Below, piece by piece: positions 41,780 through 55,149 of a stretch of 64,000 nucleotides of DNA. How positions within the stretch are numbered: position 1 is the first letter of the stretch; each line of letters opens with the position of its first letter. The stretch is from Eledone cirrhosa (Eukaryota): positions 63,364,001 to 63,428,000 of the forward strand of contig OZ024742.1 in the NCBI GenBank assembly GCA_964016885.1. The letters run 5' to 3'. Below the pieces are notes generated by a model that did not search any database, was not told where the DNA came from, and saw only the letters and a list, made by a program, of their open reading frames with translations. Both the position numbers and the translations under genes were made by a program.

Positions 41780-42030
41780 GTATGTGTGTTTGTGTCTATA
41801 TTGTATCTGTATTATTTTTGACCGTCGGTCAGTCAATGGCAACACTGAGGACCGATTAAGTTAGATCGCAGATATAAAAGACAGCGAGAAGCGAAAAGCA
41901 ACCAAACAGTGAGTGTGTTCTGTTATTAATTCTGGCAATATTACACAAATATGGCCCTCCCCAAGTATAACAATATCTGTTTCGACACACGATTTCATAT
42001 AAAAAACCTCGCTAAACTAATTCATCGCCG

Positions 42031-42089
<59 letters not shown>

Positions 42090-42154
42090 CTCTGTTTCTC
42101 AACGTCCCCTCAAAACTGTCGAATTATTCCCCATTGCTCCCTAAAAATCGGGTA

Positions 42155-42192
42155 GATGGTGGTAGTAGTAGCTGCAGCAGCAGTAGTAGTAA

Positions 42193-42243
<51 letters not shown>

Positions 42244-42251
42244 CGGCGGTT

Positions 42252-42297
<46 letters not shown>

Positions 42298-42310
42298 CGG
42301 TGGTGGCGGC

Positions 42311-42384
<74 letters not shown>

Positions 42385-42466
42385 CGGTGGTGGCGGCAGT
42401 AGTAGTAGTAGTAGTAGTAGTAGTAGAAGCGACAGCGGTAGTTGTGGTAGTAGTAGCAGTGGTGGC

Positions 42467-42528
<62 letters not shown>

Positions 42529-42583
42529 CGGCGGTTGTAGTAGTAGTAGTAACGGCGGTTGTAGTAGTAGTAGTAGTAGTAAT
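42155..42583. repeat. (AGT)n trinucleotide tract with periodic GGC/GGT interruptions
   Basis: Direct reading of the sequence. Confidence 0.95.
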
Positions 42584-42911
42584 AGGGAGATTAGTGCTGG
42601 AGTTGAGGGCGTGTTGCGTTTGGTGGTAGTTTTAGTGGGGTGTTGTAATGGGAAGAGCATTGTGGTGTCGACAAGTTTCTTGTAAGTACGGCAGGTGTCT
42701 GTCGCCAAACTATATTAAGACACACGACACTCTACACACATACATAACACATTATATAGACACATACATATATAAAGGTAGACACACATATGTAGCTAGA
42801 CATACATACCTACTTACATATATATATATATAGAGAGAGAGATGTGTGTGTGTGTGTGTATGTGTGTGTCTATATTTGAATGTATATTTGTGAGTCGTGT
42901 GTCGTTTCTTA

Positions 42912-42942
<31 letters not shown>

Positions 42943-43068
42943 AACACACACACACACACAAACACACACAAACACACACAGACACACACACATTCAAATA
43001 TAGACACACCTACATACACACGACACTACACTAACATCATACCACACCATACACATGCACATATATAT

Positions 43069-43110
<42 letters not shown>

Positions 43111-44404
43111 CACCACAACCACGCGCAAGTCACACGCACTCATCAGCACCAGCGTCACTATAACATACACATACGTACATCACCACGATCCACACGCTCC
43201 ACACATACTCATCGCCATCACATACACACATATATGCGTATACTCACGCACATTTGTGTATGCGTATATGTGTGTACTCATGTATGTACACATGCACTCA
43301 TACGCAGAAGTAGAGAGAATACAGACATGCACTCGAGCCCAGCTTGCCTCTAATGAGACAACCAGTCTAACCCATGCTAGCGTGGAAAATGGACGTTAAA
43401 CGATGATGATGATATATATATATATATATATATTTAATATAGAAATGGCCTCTACAGGACTATAACTGTTTCATTCGGGAGAAATCATCAGGAATATATA
43501 TGTGTGTGTGTGTGTGTATGTCTGAAGAGAGAGAGGGGAGGATAGAGGGAAAGAGATAGAAAGATAAAGATAGAGAGCTTGGGGTGAGAGAGTGAGATGG
43601 AAGAATAAAAGTGTGTGCATGAGGTGATATATATGAGAGAGTGGGAGGTGAAATATCTGAAACAGCTGTGAATAGGGAAATATTTTAGTTTCGCCTTTTA
43701 TTTTTTTTTTATCTTGATTTAAAATATTTTCTTTGTTGCTCGATTTTTTTTATCCAGCCTGTATTTCAGTTTTTCTTTCATCCTACACTGTAATTCTGTA
43801 TTTTGTTTTTTTCTTTCATGCCACCCTGTATTGATTTTTGTATTCTTACGGCCCTGTATATCTGTTTTTCTATCATTTCACCCCTACATTTCTGGGGTTT
43901 TTTTCTTTATTATTTACTAGTCTGTAGTTCTTGTTTTTCCTTCATTGCTGTTTTCTTTCCATGTCAGTCTGTATTTCTGTTTTTTTTCCTTTGATAGCAG
44001 TCTGTATCTCTTTTATTTCCCCTCATGGCAATCCGTCTTTCTGTTTTTCTTTCATACACTCCCCACCACTGTATTTCACGTTTTTCTTTCTTTTTTCTCA
44101 TGTGTTTCTATTCACCTTAGTAATAAATATTTCGGGGGTTTTCTTTGGGGGATATATTCTGTTTTGTTTGTTTTTTACCTCTCTAGTGTTTTTCTCTTCT
44201 AACCACGCGTGTTTCTGTCCTCACATCTCACCTCCACGTGTTTCTCTTTTGTTTTTCTTCCACACTTCCATCTCACCCACTTTCACCTGGATTGATTTCT
44301 AGCCACCTTGTGCATTTCTGTCCTTTCCTATCATTTAAAAAAAAAAAATTTTAATTGGTTTTGTGATGCTTTTGTTTATTTTCGTGTGCTTAATTTGTGT
44401 TATT

Positions 44405-44730
44405 GTGGAAGCATGTGGCTTAGTGGTTAGAGTATTCGGCTCACAATCGTAAAGTCGTGAGTTCGGTTCTTGTCAGCGTGTTGTGTCCTTGTACAAAACA
44501 GTTTATTTCACTTTGCTCCAGTCCACTCAGCTGGGAAAAATGAGTTGCACCTGTAATTCAAAGAGCTAGCTTTGTCACATCTGTGTCACACTGAATCTCC
44601 CTGAGAACTATGTTATGGGCACGCGTGTCTGTGGAATGCTCAGCCACTTGCATATTAATTTCACAAGCAGGCTGTTACGTTGATCGTATCAAATGGCACA
44701 CTCACCGTCGTAACCGACGGAGTGCCAGTT
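44405..44730 (+). mobile_element. Second tRNA-derived SINE family (partial copy 38737-38935)
   Basis: A-box TGGCTTAGTGG and B-box-like GAGTTCG. The 3' part CAGCCACTTGCAYRTTAATTTCACAAGCAGGCTG is shared between the two copies. Confidence 0.7.
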
Positions 44731-46686
44731 GTTTGCAATCTGTGTCGTTGTTGTTTGTGGGGGGGGGGGGGTTATATACTTGCCATCACTGAGTATCTCT
44801 TGGTATTGGTCAACGTTTGTGAAATAACAGGAGAATGGTACTCGTGATAGACTAGGCGAGATTTCTCTCACTTGCCCTGTTACGTTTCTAGACAAAGCAT
44901 TATAAGTTTTATTGCTTCCTTACACATGACTGATGGTAAGAATTATATGTTGTACCTTGATCATTTGGAGAATGGTACCTGTGGAAGATTGGGTACCTAT
45001 CAAGGGTGAGGTTGCTCAGATACTCGTCCTGCTTATGGACAGAACCTTTTATATTCTACATTACCTCAGTCCATGTAGCCGTCAGTAGGAAATGGCACCC
45101 AATATACAAAGGCCGCCGTCCTGTAAACATGTGAAGATTTATCTCTCATCCGTTTAACAACATAAAGTTGGAGTTAAGCAGAAACTCTTAAAAACTCTTA
45201 TCGGGACTTAGCAGCCACTTCCATACACAATGAAATAGTTCTATGCTGCTCTTAGTGCCACCTGCTAACAGCTAGGTAGACTGAGGCAAATACGGTTAAG
45301 TGCCTTGATTAATGGCGACCATCTTATTGTGCCTGACATCCGTATCACTTGAGCGCGATATAAACAATTGGATGACGTCATTGTTTTATATTCGAACAAT
45401 TTCTGGACGAAACCGGAAATGGGAGAAGGTGAATTGTTAGCGGAAAACCTAACACAGAAATACATTCATAGTGGTGGTAGTTACAATGGTTGTTTGATGG
45501 TTGTGATGGTGGTGTTTGTGGTAGTGGGAGTTGTAGTGTTTGTGTTAGTAATGGTAGAGGTGGGATTAGTTGTGGCAGTAGTAGTGGTGGTTGTGGTTAT
45601 GGTAGTAGTGAGCTTGATAGTAGTGGTGGTTGTGCTTGTAGTGGTTGTGCTTGTGATAATTGTGGTTGTAGCAGTGGTAGATTTGGGTGCTATTTTTAGT
45701 AGGTCGAATGATCACTTAGAGCAACAGCTCCCCGTCTTTTATTACTATCACCCATGTTAACAAATCAATAAACATTCCGGCATCCTTGGATCCAATTTTC
45801 TAAAAATACAATAAAATGTTTTCGATGTTTTTCTTGGAATGGAAAATTCCACGGTTTTTGTTAACAGTAAATGCTGTGCTGTGACTGTGGCCGACGCTAC
45901 CATTTAAGCCAACTAGGTAGTGACCTAAGACGCAGATCTGAGCGGCGCTTTACTAAGCCTTAAAAAATCACAGTTTTATACAAATTTGCATAATTAAATT
46001 AAAAATATAATCATTTCCTGCGATCAATAAATAAATCACTAAGCACTTTGCCGCGTAGCAGCATTGTGGAAATATTCATTGGTGGGGAGGGTCGTATGGA
46101 GTCTGTGTAGTGGAAAATGCAAGCTTAGTAATTTCCTTCGTGAGATCAGAGTCAGAGCAAGAAGTGTCAAAAACTAGGTTCATCAATTTGGGGAAAATAG
46201 GGTGCACATTGTAGGTAGGGCTAACCTAAGATACTAACTTCAGATGTGCCAGCGCTGATTGTGGGCCTAATTCAGCCTATGGTTTATTGTATAACATAGT
46301 CATGAATATTTTACCTTGCATTCCCTTGAGCGCTCAAATTACTGATGTAGTCGTCGGGGAGTCGTCTTGGTTATCTAAACATAGTTGATCCAATCCCCAC
46401 TCTCCAGATTTGACCACAGGGAGAGATAGAGAAGAATCGGAAAAGTTAATGATGATGGAGATTGAACTCAAAGTACTAGAATAAATACCGCAAGGTACTC
46501 TCGATGTTTTAACCGCTCTGCTATTTTGCCACCTTTTATCAATATTTTACATTTTATCAAATATTTTCAAAAGTAAAAAAGTTTCGGGTTTTCAGCCCTT
46601 TCAGAATAATACCGTGACCCAATTTGTCTGGTGACTCATGGGTTGGGAATAGCTGACGTAGAGGCTCGTTCAATGGCTACTGGTAC

Positions 46687-46719
<33 letters not shown>

Positions 46720-46914
46720 ATTGTTGTTGTTTAACCACAGGTCAAACCTGACCCAGCAGACTTACGATCAAAGGCTTTCTAACCTTGACTGCACTATTAT
46801 CTAATGTGGCTTGTCTTTATAAAAAACCCTGAGGTGTGAGTTGAGGAAGATTTGACTGCTATTTCTAATAGAGGAAGGGACTACGTAGACGCTCCCACGT
46901 TGGTTTGTGTGATG

Positions 46915-47269
46915 GGACTGTTGTTGATGGTGATCATGATGGTGGTGGTGGTGGTGGTGGGGTGGAGATAGTGGTTGGTAGTGGCGTTGGTGGAGGTGAT
47001 GATGATGATGATGATGGCAGTGGGATTGGGGTGAAGTGAGGTTGTCGACAGTGGTTTTGTTGGTGGTGGCGGTTATGGTGATAGTGATGTTCAGAGGGAT
47101 TATGATGATGATGATGGGGATGATGATAATAATTATGATGATGATGATGATAGTCATGACTGGTGATCGTACAAAACACGACTGTGGTGGTGGTGGTGGC
47201 GGTGGTGGTGGTGGCGGTGGTGGTGGCGGCGATAATGATGATGATGATGATGATAAAGATGATGATAAA

Positions 47270-47300
<31 letters not shown>

Positions 47301-47343
47301 GTGATGGTGGTGGTGTTAGCGGCGGTGGTGATCGTGTTAATTG

Positions 47344-47376
<33 letters not shown>

Positions 47377-47380
47377 CAAT
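46915..47380. repeat. (GAT)n/(GGT)n low-complexity region
   Basis: Direct reading of the sequence. Confidence 0.9.
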
Positions 47381-47479
47381 GCTGTCCCACATTCCAGACG
47401 CCACCTCATTGTACAGCAGGTGTTTGCCATAGCAATTGCCAACCGCCAGACAAGCTACCTCACCACTACCATCTTCTCC

Positions 47480-48670
47480 ACTACCAGCAGCACCATCAAC
47501 AACACCAACGCCACCCCCGCCTCCAACACCAACACCAACAAAAACACCACCGCCGACATCACCACCACCAACTCCACACCCCAACAGTAACGCCGACAAC
47601 GCCTCCACTGCCTCCAACACCAACACCAACAAAAACACCACCGACAACAACACCACCACCACCACCACCACCACAACCACCACCACAACCACCGCCACCA
47701 CCTCCACCACCATAACAGTAACACCGACATCACCTCCACCGCCGCCAATAGCACCAGCAACAACACCACCACCACCACCACCACCACCACCACCACCACC
47801 ACCACCACAACCACCGCCACCACCTCCACCACCATAACAGTAACACCGACATCACCTCCACCGCCGCCAATAGCACCAGCAACAACACGAACACCACCAA
47901 CACCACCACCACCACCACCACCACCACCACAACAACAACCACCGCCACCACCTCCACACCCCAACAGTAACACCGACATCACCTCCACCGCCGCCAATAG
48001 CACCAGCAACAACACGAACAACACCACCACCACCACCACCACCACCACCACCACAACCACCGCCACCACCTCCACCACCATAACAGTAACACCGACATCA
48101 CCTCCACCGCCGCCAATAGCACCAGCAACAACACGAACAACACCACCACCACCACCACCACCACCACCACCACCACAACCACCGCCACCACCTCCACCAC
48201 CATAACAGTAACACCGACATCACCTCCACCGCCGCCAATAGCACCAGCAACAACACGAACACCACCAACACCACCACCACCACCACCACCACCACCACCA
48301 CCACCACCACCACAACAACAACCACCGCCACCACCTCCACACCCCAACAGTAACACCGACATCACCTCCACCGCCGCCAACAGCACCAGCAACAACACGA
48401 ACAACACCACCACCACCACCACCACCACCACCACCACCACCACCACAACAACCACCGCCACCACCTCCACACCCCAACAGTAACACCGACATCACCTCCA
48501 CCGCCGCCAACAGCCACCAGCAACAACACGAACACCACCACCACCACCACCACCACCACCACCACCACCACCACAACAACCACCGCCACCACCTCCACAC
48601 CCCAACAGTAACACCGACATCACCGTCACCGCCGCCAACAGCCACCACTACCACCCATCCAACCACCAAT
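47480..48670. repeat. CCA-rich minisatellite, ~115-125-bp unit, about 8-9 copies
   Basis: Recurring AACAGTAACACCGACATCACCTCCACCGCCGCCAATAGCACCAGCAACAACACGAAC followed by (ACC)n. Confidence 0.9.
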
Positions 48671-49686
48671 CACCCGACACACGACACATGCCACACGCCT
48701 CCGCTCTCTGTCTGTGTGTCGCTAACGAAAACAATAACACTGAACCACTCCCCCCACCCTGCACAATGGTTTACTTTACTCCTTCCCTCCCTTGCATTCT
48801 CCCTCCTCTCTATTTCCCACACACCCCTCTCTCCCTCTCACGGCACAATAATCACTAAATAGTACCAGCCAGTACCCGCACACATATACACACAGGCATA
48901 CATAAACACATACATACGAACACAGCCACATATACCTATACACACATATATGCACATATACACGTACACACGAAATAATACACAAGCACACATCTGCACA
49001 CAGACAAGCATACATGCAAACAAGTACACAAACATTTATACAAAAGCGTATAGACATATAAGCATATATACATACATAATACATATGTACATGCATACAT
49101 ACATACATTCATACATACATATGTGCCTACATATATACACACACAGGGATACATACATACACACACATACACACATATATACATACATACAAGCATACAT
49201 ACATACATGTATACATACATACATACATACATACATACATACATACATACATACATACATACATACATACAAGCATACATACATGCATACATACATACAT
49301 ACATACATACATACATACATACATACATACATACATACATACATACATACATACATACATACATACATACATTTATGCACACAGGCATACATACAAATAT
49401 ACATACACACATATATACATACACATATATACATACATTATATACAAAATATTTGCGTATATATATGTACATGTAGGTGTGTGCATCTGTTTGAGTGTGT
49501 ACGTATGTGTGTGTGTGCGTTTGTACATACGAACTGCATTCATACCTACATATACATATATATAAATACACAAAAGTACACATGCGAAGAGACGAACATA
49601 GACATTGACATACAGACATATATTCATACGTACGCATACACACATGCACGCATTGTCAATTGTTTACTTATTCTATACTACTACTA

Positions 49687-49739
<53 letters not shown>

Positions 49740-49926
49740 ATTGTTGTCACGAAACCTACTGCGGCAACAAACAGCATTATAGATGTGTATACAACTGCAT
49801 CTAGAGTACAAAACTCAACTAAAACTTCCTTACACGCACACACGGACGCCAGCACACACACATAACTTTAATAACCCAATTATATATATATATACACATT
49901 GTATTTACACCACACACACACACACA

Positions 49927-50010
<84 letters not shown>

Positions 50011-50146
50011 ATTTATAAAACATAAGGTTTAGGGAGAATTATACATTTTTATTAGTTTTACGTACGTTTCACCAAATGCAGTAAGTATCTATAGATGGGA
50101 TGATTAGAATAGATTATCATAATTTATTAAGATACTGAAATGCGAA

Positions 50147-50213
<67 letters not shown>

Positions 50214-50289
50214 GCTTTATGTATTTGTGACTATTATACAGATAATTATCAACACCATTAACTATACTAGATATATCACTATCAACAGC

Positions 50290-50720
50290 TCCATTCAAAC
50301 AGAAACCATACTTTTAGCCTGTAAACCTTCCCATCTTGCAATGTTACACAGAAAACGAAGCAACAAGGAACCCTTCCACATTAGAATGGTGTCGAAATAT
50401 TCAGCTGAAATGAGTGATTTAGTTGGCCTCTATAAATATACTAGAAATGAAGAAGTGTTGTCTGTTGATAAAAGGTGGCTTATATCGAGATAATGGACTC
50501 ATCATCTACAGATATCAGGATGACTTCTGATGCTTCAGACAATTAGGATGTATTGTCCCTGTAGAACAAAGAATAAAAAGAGGAAAATTTCTAGACTTAA
50601 AACTGGATTTATCGGATAACACATTCAAACAATTTAACCACTCTAGAATTATCTTCAAAAACGAAAATATCTTCAATGATTCGATGATTGAGCTCGTTAT
50701 TAAAATATAGCAATATTGAA
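50290..50720 (+). pseudogene. Decayed PLE RT/endonuclease fragments
   Basis: FHIRMVSKYSAEMSDLVGLY, GLYRDNGL (YRDDGL-like) and FLDLKLDLSDNTFKQF. Confidence 0.6.
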
Positions 50721-51090
50721 AAGCGGTTCAAGAGAGAAAGTTGTATCTATCGATCTGTTTATATTTATCGTTGTTGTAGTATAAGTATGGCCATATACAT
50801 TTGGTCACTTTTCGTGGTGTCACACTAATTAACTTTGTGTTTACTCTGTACGAAAATGTATTAATTTTTGCACCATTAAGTGCTTTGTAATCGCCTCAAA
50901 CAATTCGATTGGCATCTGCTATATTGCGGTTACAACTTCGATTTATAGCTATCCTTTGTGAGCCTGTCTCTATTTTTGTACTCCTGAAGAAAGGTTAAAG
51001 CCCGACACGTTGAAATTTCTTTCCCCTTTTTCATATAAAGCATGAAACTAATAAGACCTTTTGCACGTACCTCTGTATGATGTTTCCTTG

Positions 51091-51139
<49 letters not shown>

Positions 51140-51260
51140 GGAGGTGAGTTTTATTGTAGTACAATAAAGCAATGCAGATATCGGATAAGTAACACTCTAC
51201 AGTTTGTAGGACTGGAGTATAAATAATATAAGATCAAAAGATGGTTAAAAGAGTTCCATG

Positions 51261-51331
51261 TATTTTATTATGCGCATTTCAAAAACAGATATCATCATGA
51301 GATGACATTTGCGTTTTCGTCAGATAAAATA
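51261..51331 (-). ncRNA. Type I minimal hammerhead (left arm of palindrome)
   Basis: Reverse complement of 51451-51521. Confidence 0.75.
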
Positions 51332-51450
51332 GGGAGACATGATATGAAGGTTAAAAAACACTTGTGAATAGTGCAGTTTTAAATCAACATATGTTGATTT
51401 AAAACTGCACTATTCACAAGTGTGTGTTTAACCTTCATATCATGTCTCCC

Positions 51451-51521
51451 TATTTTATCTGACGAAAACGCAAATGTCATCTCATGATGATATCTGTTTT
51501 TGAAATGCGCATAATAAAATA
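51451..51521 (+). ncRNA. Type I minimal hammerhead (right arm of palindrome)
   Basis: TATTTTAT CTGACGA AAAC-GCAA-ATGTCATC TCAT GATGATAT-CT-GTTT-TT GAAA T-GCGC-A TA ATAAAATA, with an 8-bp stem I. Confidence 0.78.
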
Positions 51522-51548
51522 CATGGAACTCTTTTAACCAGCTTTGAT

Positions 51549-51591
<43 letters not shown>

Positions 51592-51776
51592 TTATATATG
51601 TACCTATGTGTATGTATGTGTGTGTGTATGTATGTATTACTACATGAGGGGAAAACCAGCTTAAAGGCACACCACTGTCACGTTTAATTGGAGAAAACAG
51701 TGAAATACGGCTTAAGCAATACAATAAGGCAGACATGCTGTTCAGATGACTACCAGTGTTTCAGTTGGTCCTTTAT

Positions 51777-51817
<41 letters not shown>

Positions 51818-52395
51818 ATCTTATAGCGTCTCTATAGAGAATGCCAATGTGAGCAGGCAAGCCTGTCGTTCTTGTTAAGTACACCCTCCAGCCATTGCCA
51901 GATTACAGGCGCATACATATACATAAACCTGCATGCACACCTATATACACCTATGTACACACAGAGACACACACATACATACACCAACATACATACATAC
52001 ATACATACATACATACATACATACATGCATTTATAAACACACACAGGCACGCGTGCAGACACACACAAACCGACACACACAAATACGCACACACATATAC
52101 ATACGCACAAACATACACATACATAGATATATAGACATACACGCACGTGTTGTCATACACTAACTCAAGTAAACATGCACAAGCACACACGCACGCATAG
52201 AAGACACATGTAACGTACACAAACATACATATCCATTTTTTTCCATGTGGGGCTTATACCATGTGGGGCTTATACCATGTGGGGCTTATAATAGTTAGAT
52301 TATTTTCTGTAGTCAAAAATACTTTGAAAGCTGTTAATTTTCAAATTCCACTCGCCACCGCCTTCTATACCACACGAGAGAAAAATAACTTATTC

Positions 52396-52454
<59 letters not shown>

Positions 52455-53499
52455 ATATATAATATATAATAATTGTTTCTACTTTTGGCACAAAGCCACC
52501 AATTACCCAGAGTATTACTGGTATTTTATTTTATCGACCCCTTAAGGATGAAAGGCAAACTTCATCCTTGACCAAGTTCCACTGCTTCATCCTGGAGACG
52601 AATGCTTAAAACACAACTTACCCTTTATTCAGGGTGCGAAAATCCAGTATCAATAAATCTCTTTAATCCACTTTTTAACAATTTTATACTTTATTGCACT
52701 TTTATAATTTTCTTTAGGTATTATTCTTTATTTTATAATTTTAATTTAACCTGAAACATATATTTAAAAAATCATTTAACATAAGCAAATTAAACTTACA
52801 TACAACGTAAAATCCAGCATACAAATAATTCTAGTTAATAGCTTAGAATTTTTACAAACCCAAACTTTTAACTGTTTAATAGCACTTTTTTTTATTTATT
52901 TGGGACCTAAGCAACACAAAAAAGTGATTACAAGCCAGGAACAGAGAAAAACATTTTTTTGTTACACGGTGTTATTATATTACACTCTGTCTAGCTCTAC
53001 ACCTCCATACTGACGTGAACCTAAATATCGAGTGCTCATCTGGGTGAACCTACAGTAACTTCGCGTTACACTCCCTGGATATATATATATATATATATAT
53101 ATAAGGACAACAACTACCCAGTGTATTACTGGTGCTTTATTTTATCGACTCCGTAAAGATGAAAGGCAAAGGACCGTTAACTCTCTATCGAATACGATCA
53201 CATCTTAAATGATGCAGTGCTACACTATTGTAGGCTCTCACGTTAACGGGGGCATACATTCACATACCAAAACCAAGACCCCCCCACACACACACACACA
53301 CACACCCTGAAGAAACCGACGGCATTTCAACGTATGACGAACGGTCAATCGGAACATATATAGATCCTTTGAATTACAGGTACAGTTCACCTTACGGGCT
53401 TTCAAAGAGTTTCCATTTACCCAGTTTCACTTACAAAACTTGAGTTGACGCGAGACTAGAGTATAGGCTATTAAGATCAATATTAGTCCCCCTATAGCA

Positions 53500-53710
53500 A
53501 TGAAGATCTAGGAAGGCATTAAAGCCACGAAGAACAGCAAAGGGCCAAGCGTTCTGTACAACAATTTTATTGAATTAAGAAAGCTTTATGATAGCGTACA
53601 CGATAAGATCCTATGAAAGATCTTAAGATCATATGGAATCCATGAGGAGATTATAGTTATGATAACCCTACTTTATAACCATTTCAAATGTAATGTCACC
53701 ATTGACCACA
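53500..53710 (+). pseudogene. RTE RT fragment
   Basis: LYNNFIELRKLYDSVHDKIL*KILRSYGI. Confidence 0.6.
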
Positions 53711-55149
53711 AGACACACAATCTAAATGGTCTTAATAACTCATTGTTGTCGAGCCGTGTAACCTCTAGGTGCCTCTGTCGAACTGCTTTCCAACTTTCAT
53801 AATGCTAATATAGACATAGGTGTATTAGTTATTTTAATGAAAGGGTGTAATTAGACATTCAAAGACTATTTGAATCTTGACAGTGGCAGTCCCTGTTGAT
53901 GTAGAAATATTTGGTTGCGATTAATAGTTTTCTGGAGGAAACTGCTTTTCACATGAATTGTTCAGGCCTCATCTAGCGTCCGATCAAGTGGCCCAAATGT
54001 TGATGAGTAATGATAGAGCAAACATATTGCGGCCCATTGATCTTTGTATGCAGAGAGCATCAAAGATCATATTTTGTATTTATTTAGGTGTTACACACAT
54101 TGCAAGTTCATTCATCCATAGGCATTCCTGGGAAAATATCCAGGCCGATTACAGAGATCTTGTTTACAATCAGGTAGGAACATTTATCTTGGCAAAAATC
54201 CAATCCTTATATTCTTAGAGAATATCGTAACATAGTCAAGGTTCTTCTTCATACCATTCATATTTTTTGGAATATACTTTCATGTAGTTCACAAAGAATC
54301 TATCTTACCAGGTTAGTATTTCCATCTTCTAATAACGTACTGTTCAGATTGATTCAACCAGTATTGGGATATACATACATAAACACATATATGCATACGG
54401 ACATACATACATACATAAACACATACATACATACATACATACATACATACATACATACATACATACATACATACATACATACATACATGATGGCTGCCCC
54501 CTCGTTATCGAGTATGGCCATTGCACGATATGCCATTATTAATAATTATTAATTAATTCTATCGTGCAATGCCTGTGCGTGAAGATATTTTTTTAAATGA
54601 GGAAAGACTGTGCACTGAGCCAATCCCACTCTCTGAGCGACAGTAGCTATAACCCGAAAAGAAGAAAATATCAACATCATCGGTAACTACTGAGCCGCAG
54701 GTTTTATATCGGAGTTATCCCAGTTTCCTGAGTTGCTTTCTCCTAGAAGAATGCCCTAACAAAGGCTAGGGGTCCTTCACTCCCAGTTGTTTAACCGCGC
54801 GATCGGGTGTCCAGCCCGACTATTTCTATGTCCCCGCGCATATACATACACATATGTACATGTGTATATACATATTTACACACTTTTGGATGGCCGTTGA
54901 CTCTTATGAGTTCTTCGGCTCTTTGTCAGGTTTTGTTTTTTGTCCTGCAGGGTGTCCAAAATCACCCTCCTCACCAAGTAAACTTGGTGGGGTTGCCGGT
55001 TTAGTCGCCGACGACCCGACCATGCGACAGGTTGTACTGGGTTACATGTTACCAGTAGCACTCAAGAGTGACCCAACATAACATACATACATACATACAT
55101 ACATACATACATACATACATACATACATACATACATACATACATACATT

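Larger units (their letters stand above)
51140..51555 (-). mobile_element. ~330-bp near-perfect palindrome plus tail, carrying hammerheads on both strands, in (TA)n
   Basis: Centre AAATCAACAT|ATGTTGATTT at 51390/51391, arms ~51226-51555. The tail 51148-51225 matches the reverse complement of 63920-64000. Confidence 0.88.

Noticed and set aside
42124-42708. Poly-Ser/Leu/Val ORFs
   Set aside because: An (AGT)n tract that is open in several frames, with no splice or domain evidence.
50055-50110. GAAAC-GTAC-GTA half motif on the minus strand (similar partial motifs near 806 and 53307)
   Set aside because: The other half of the core is degenerate or missing, so these are not counted as hammerheads.
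53780-54340. Possible transposase remnant
   Set aside because: No diagnostic motif recognised.
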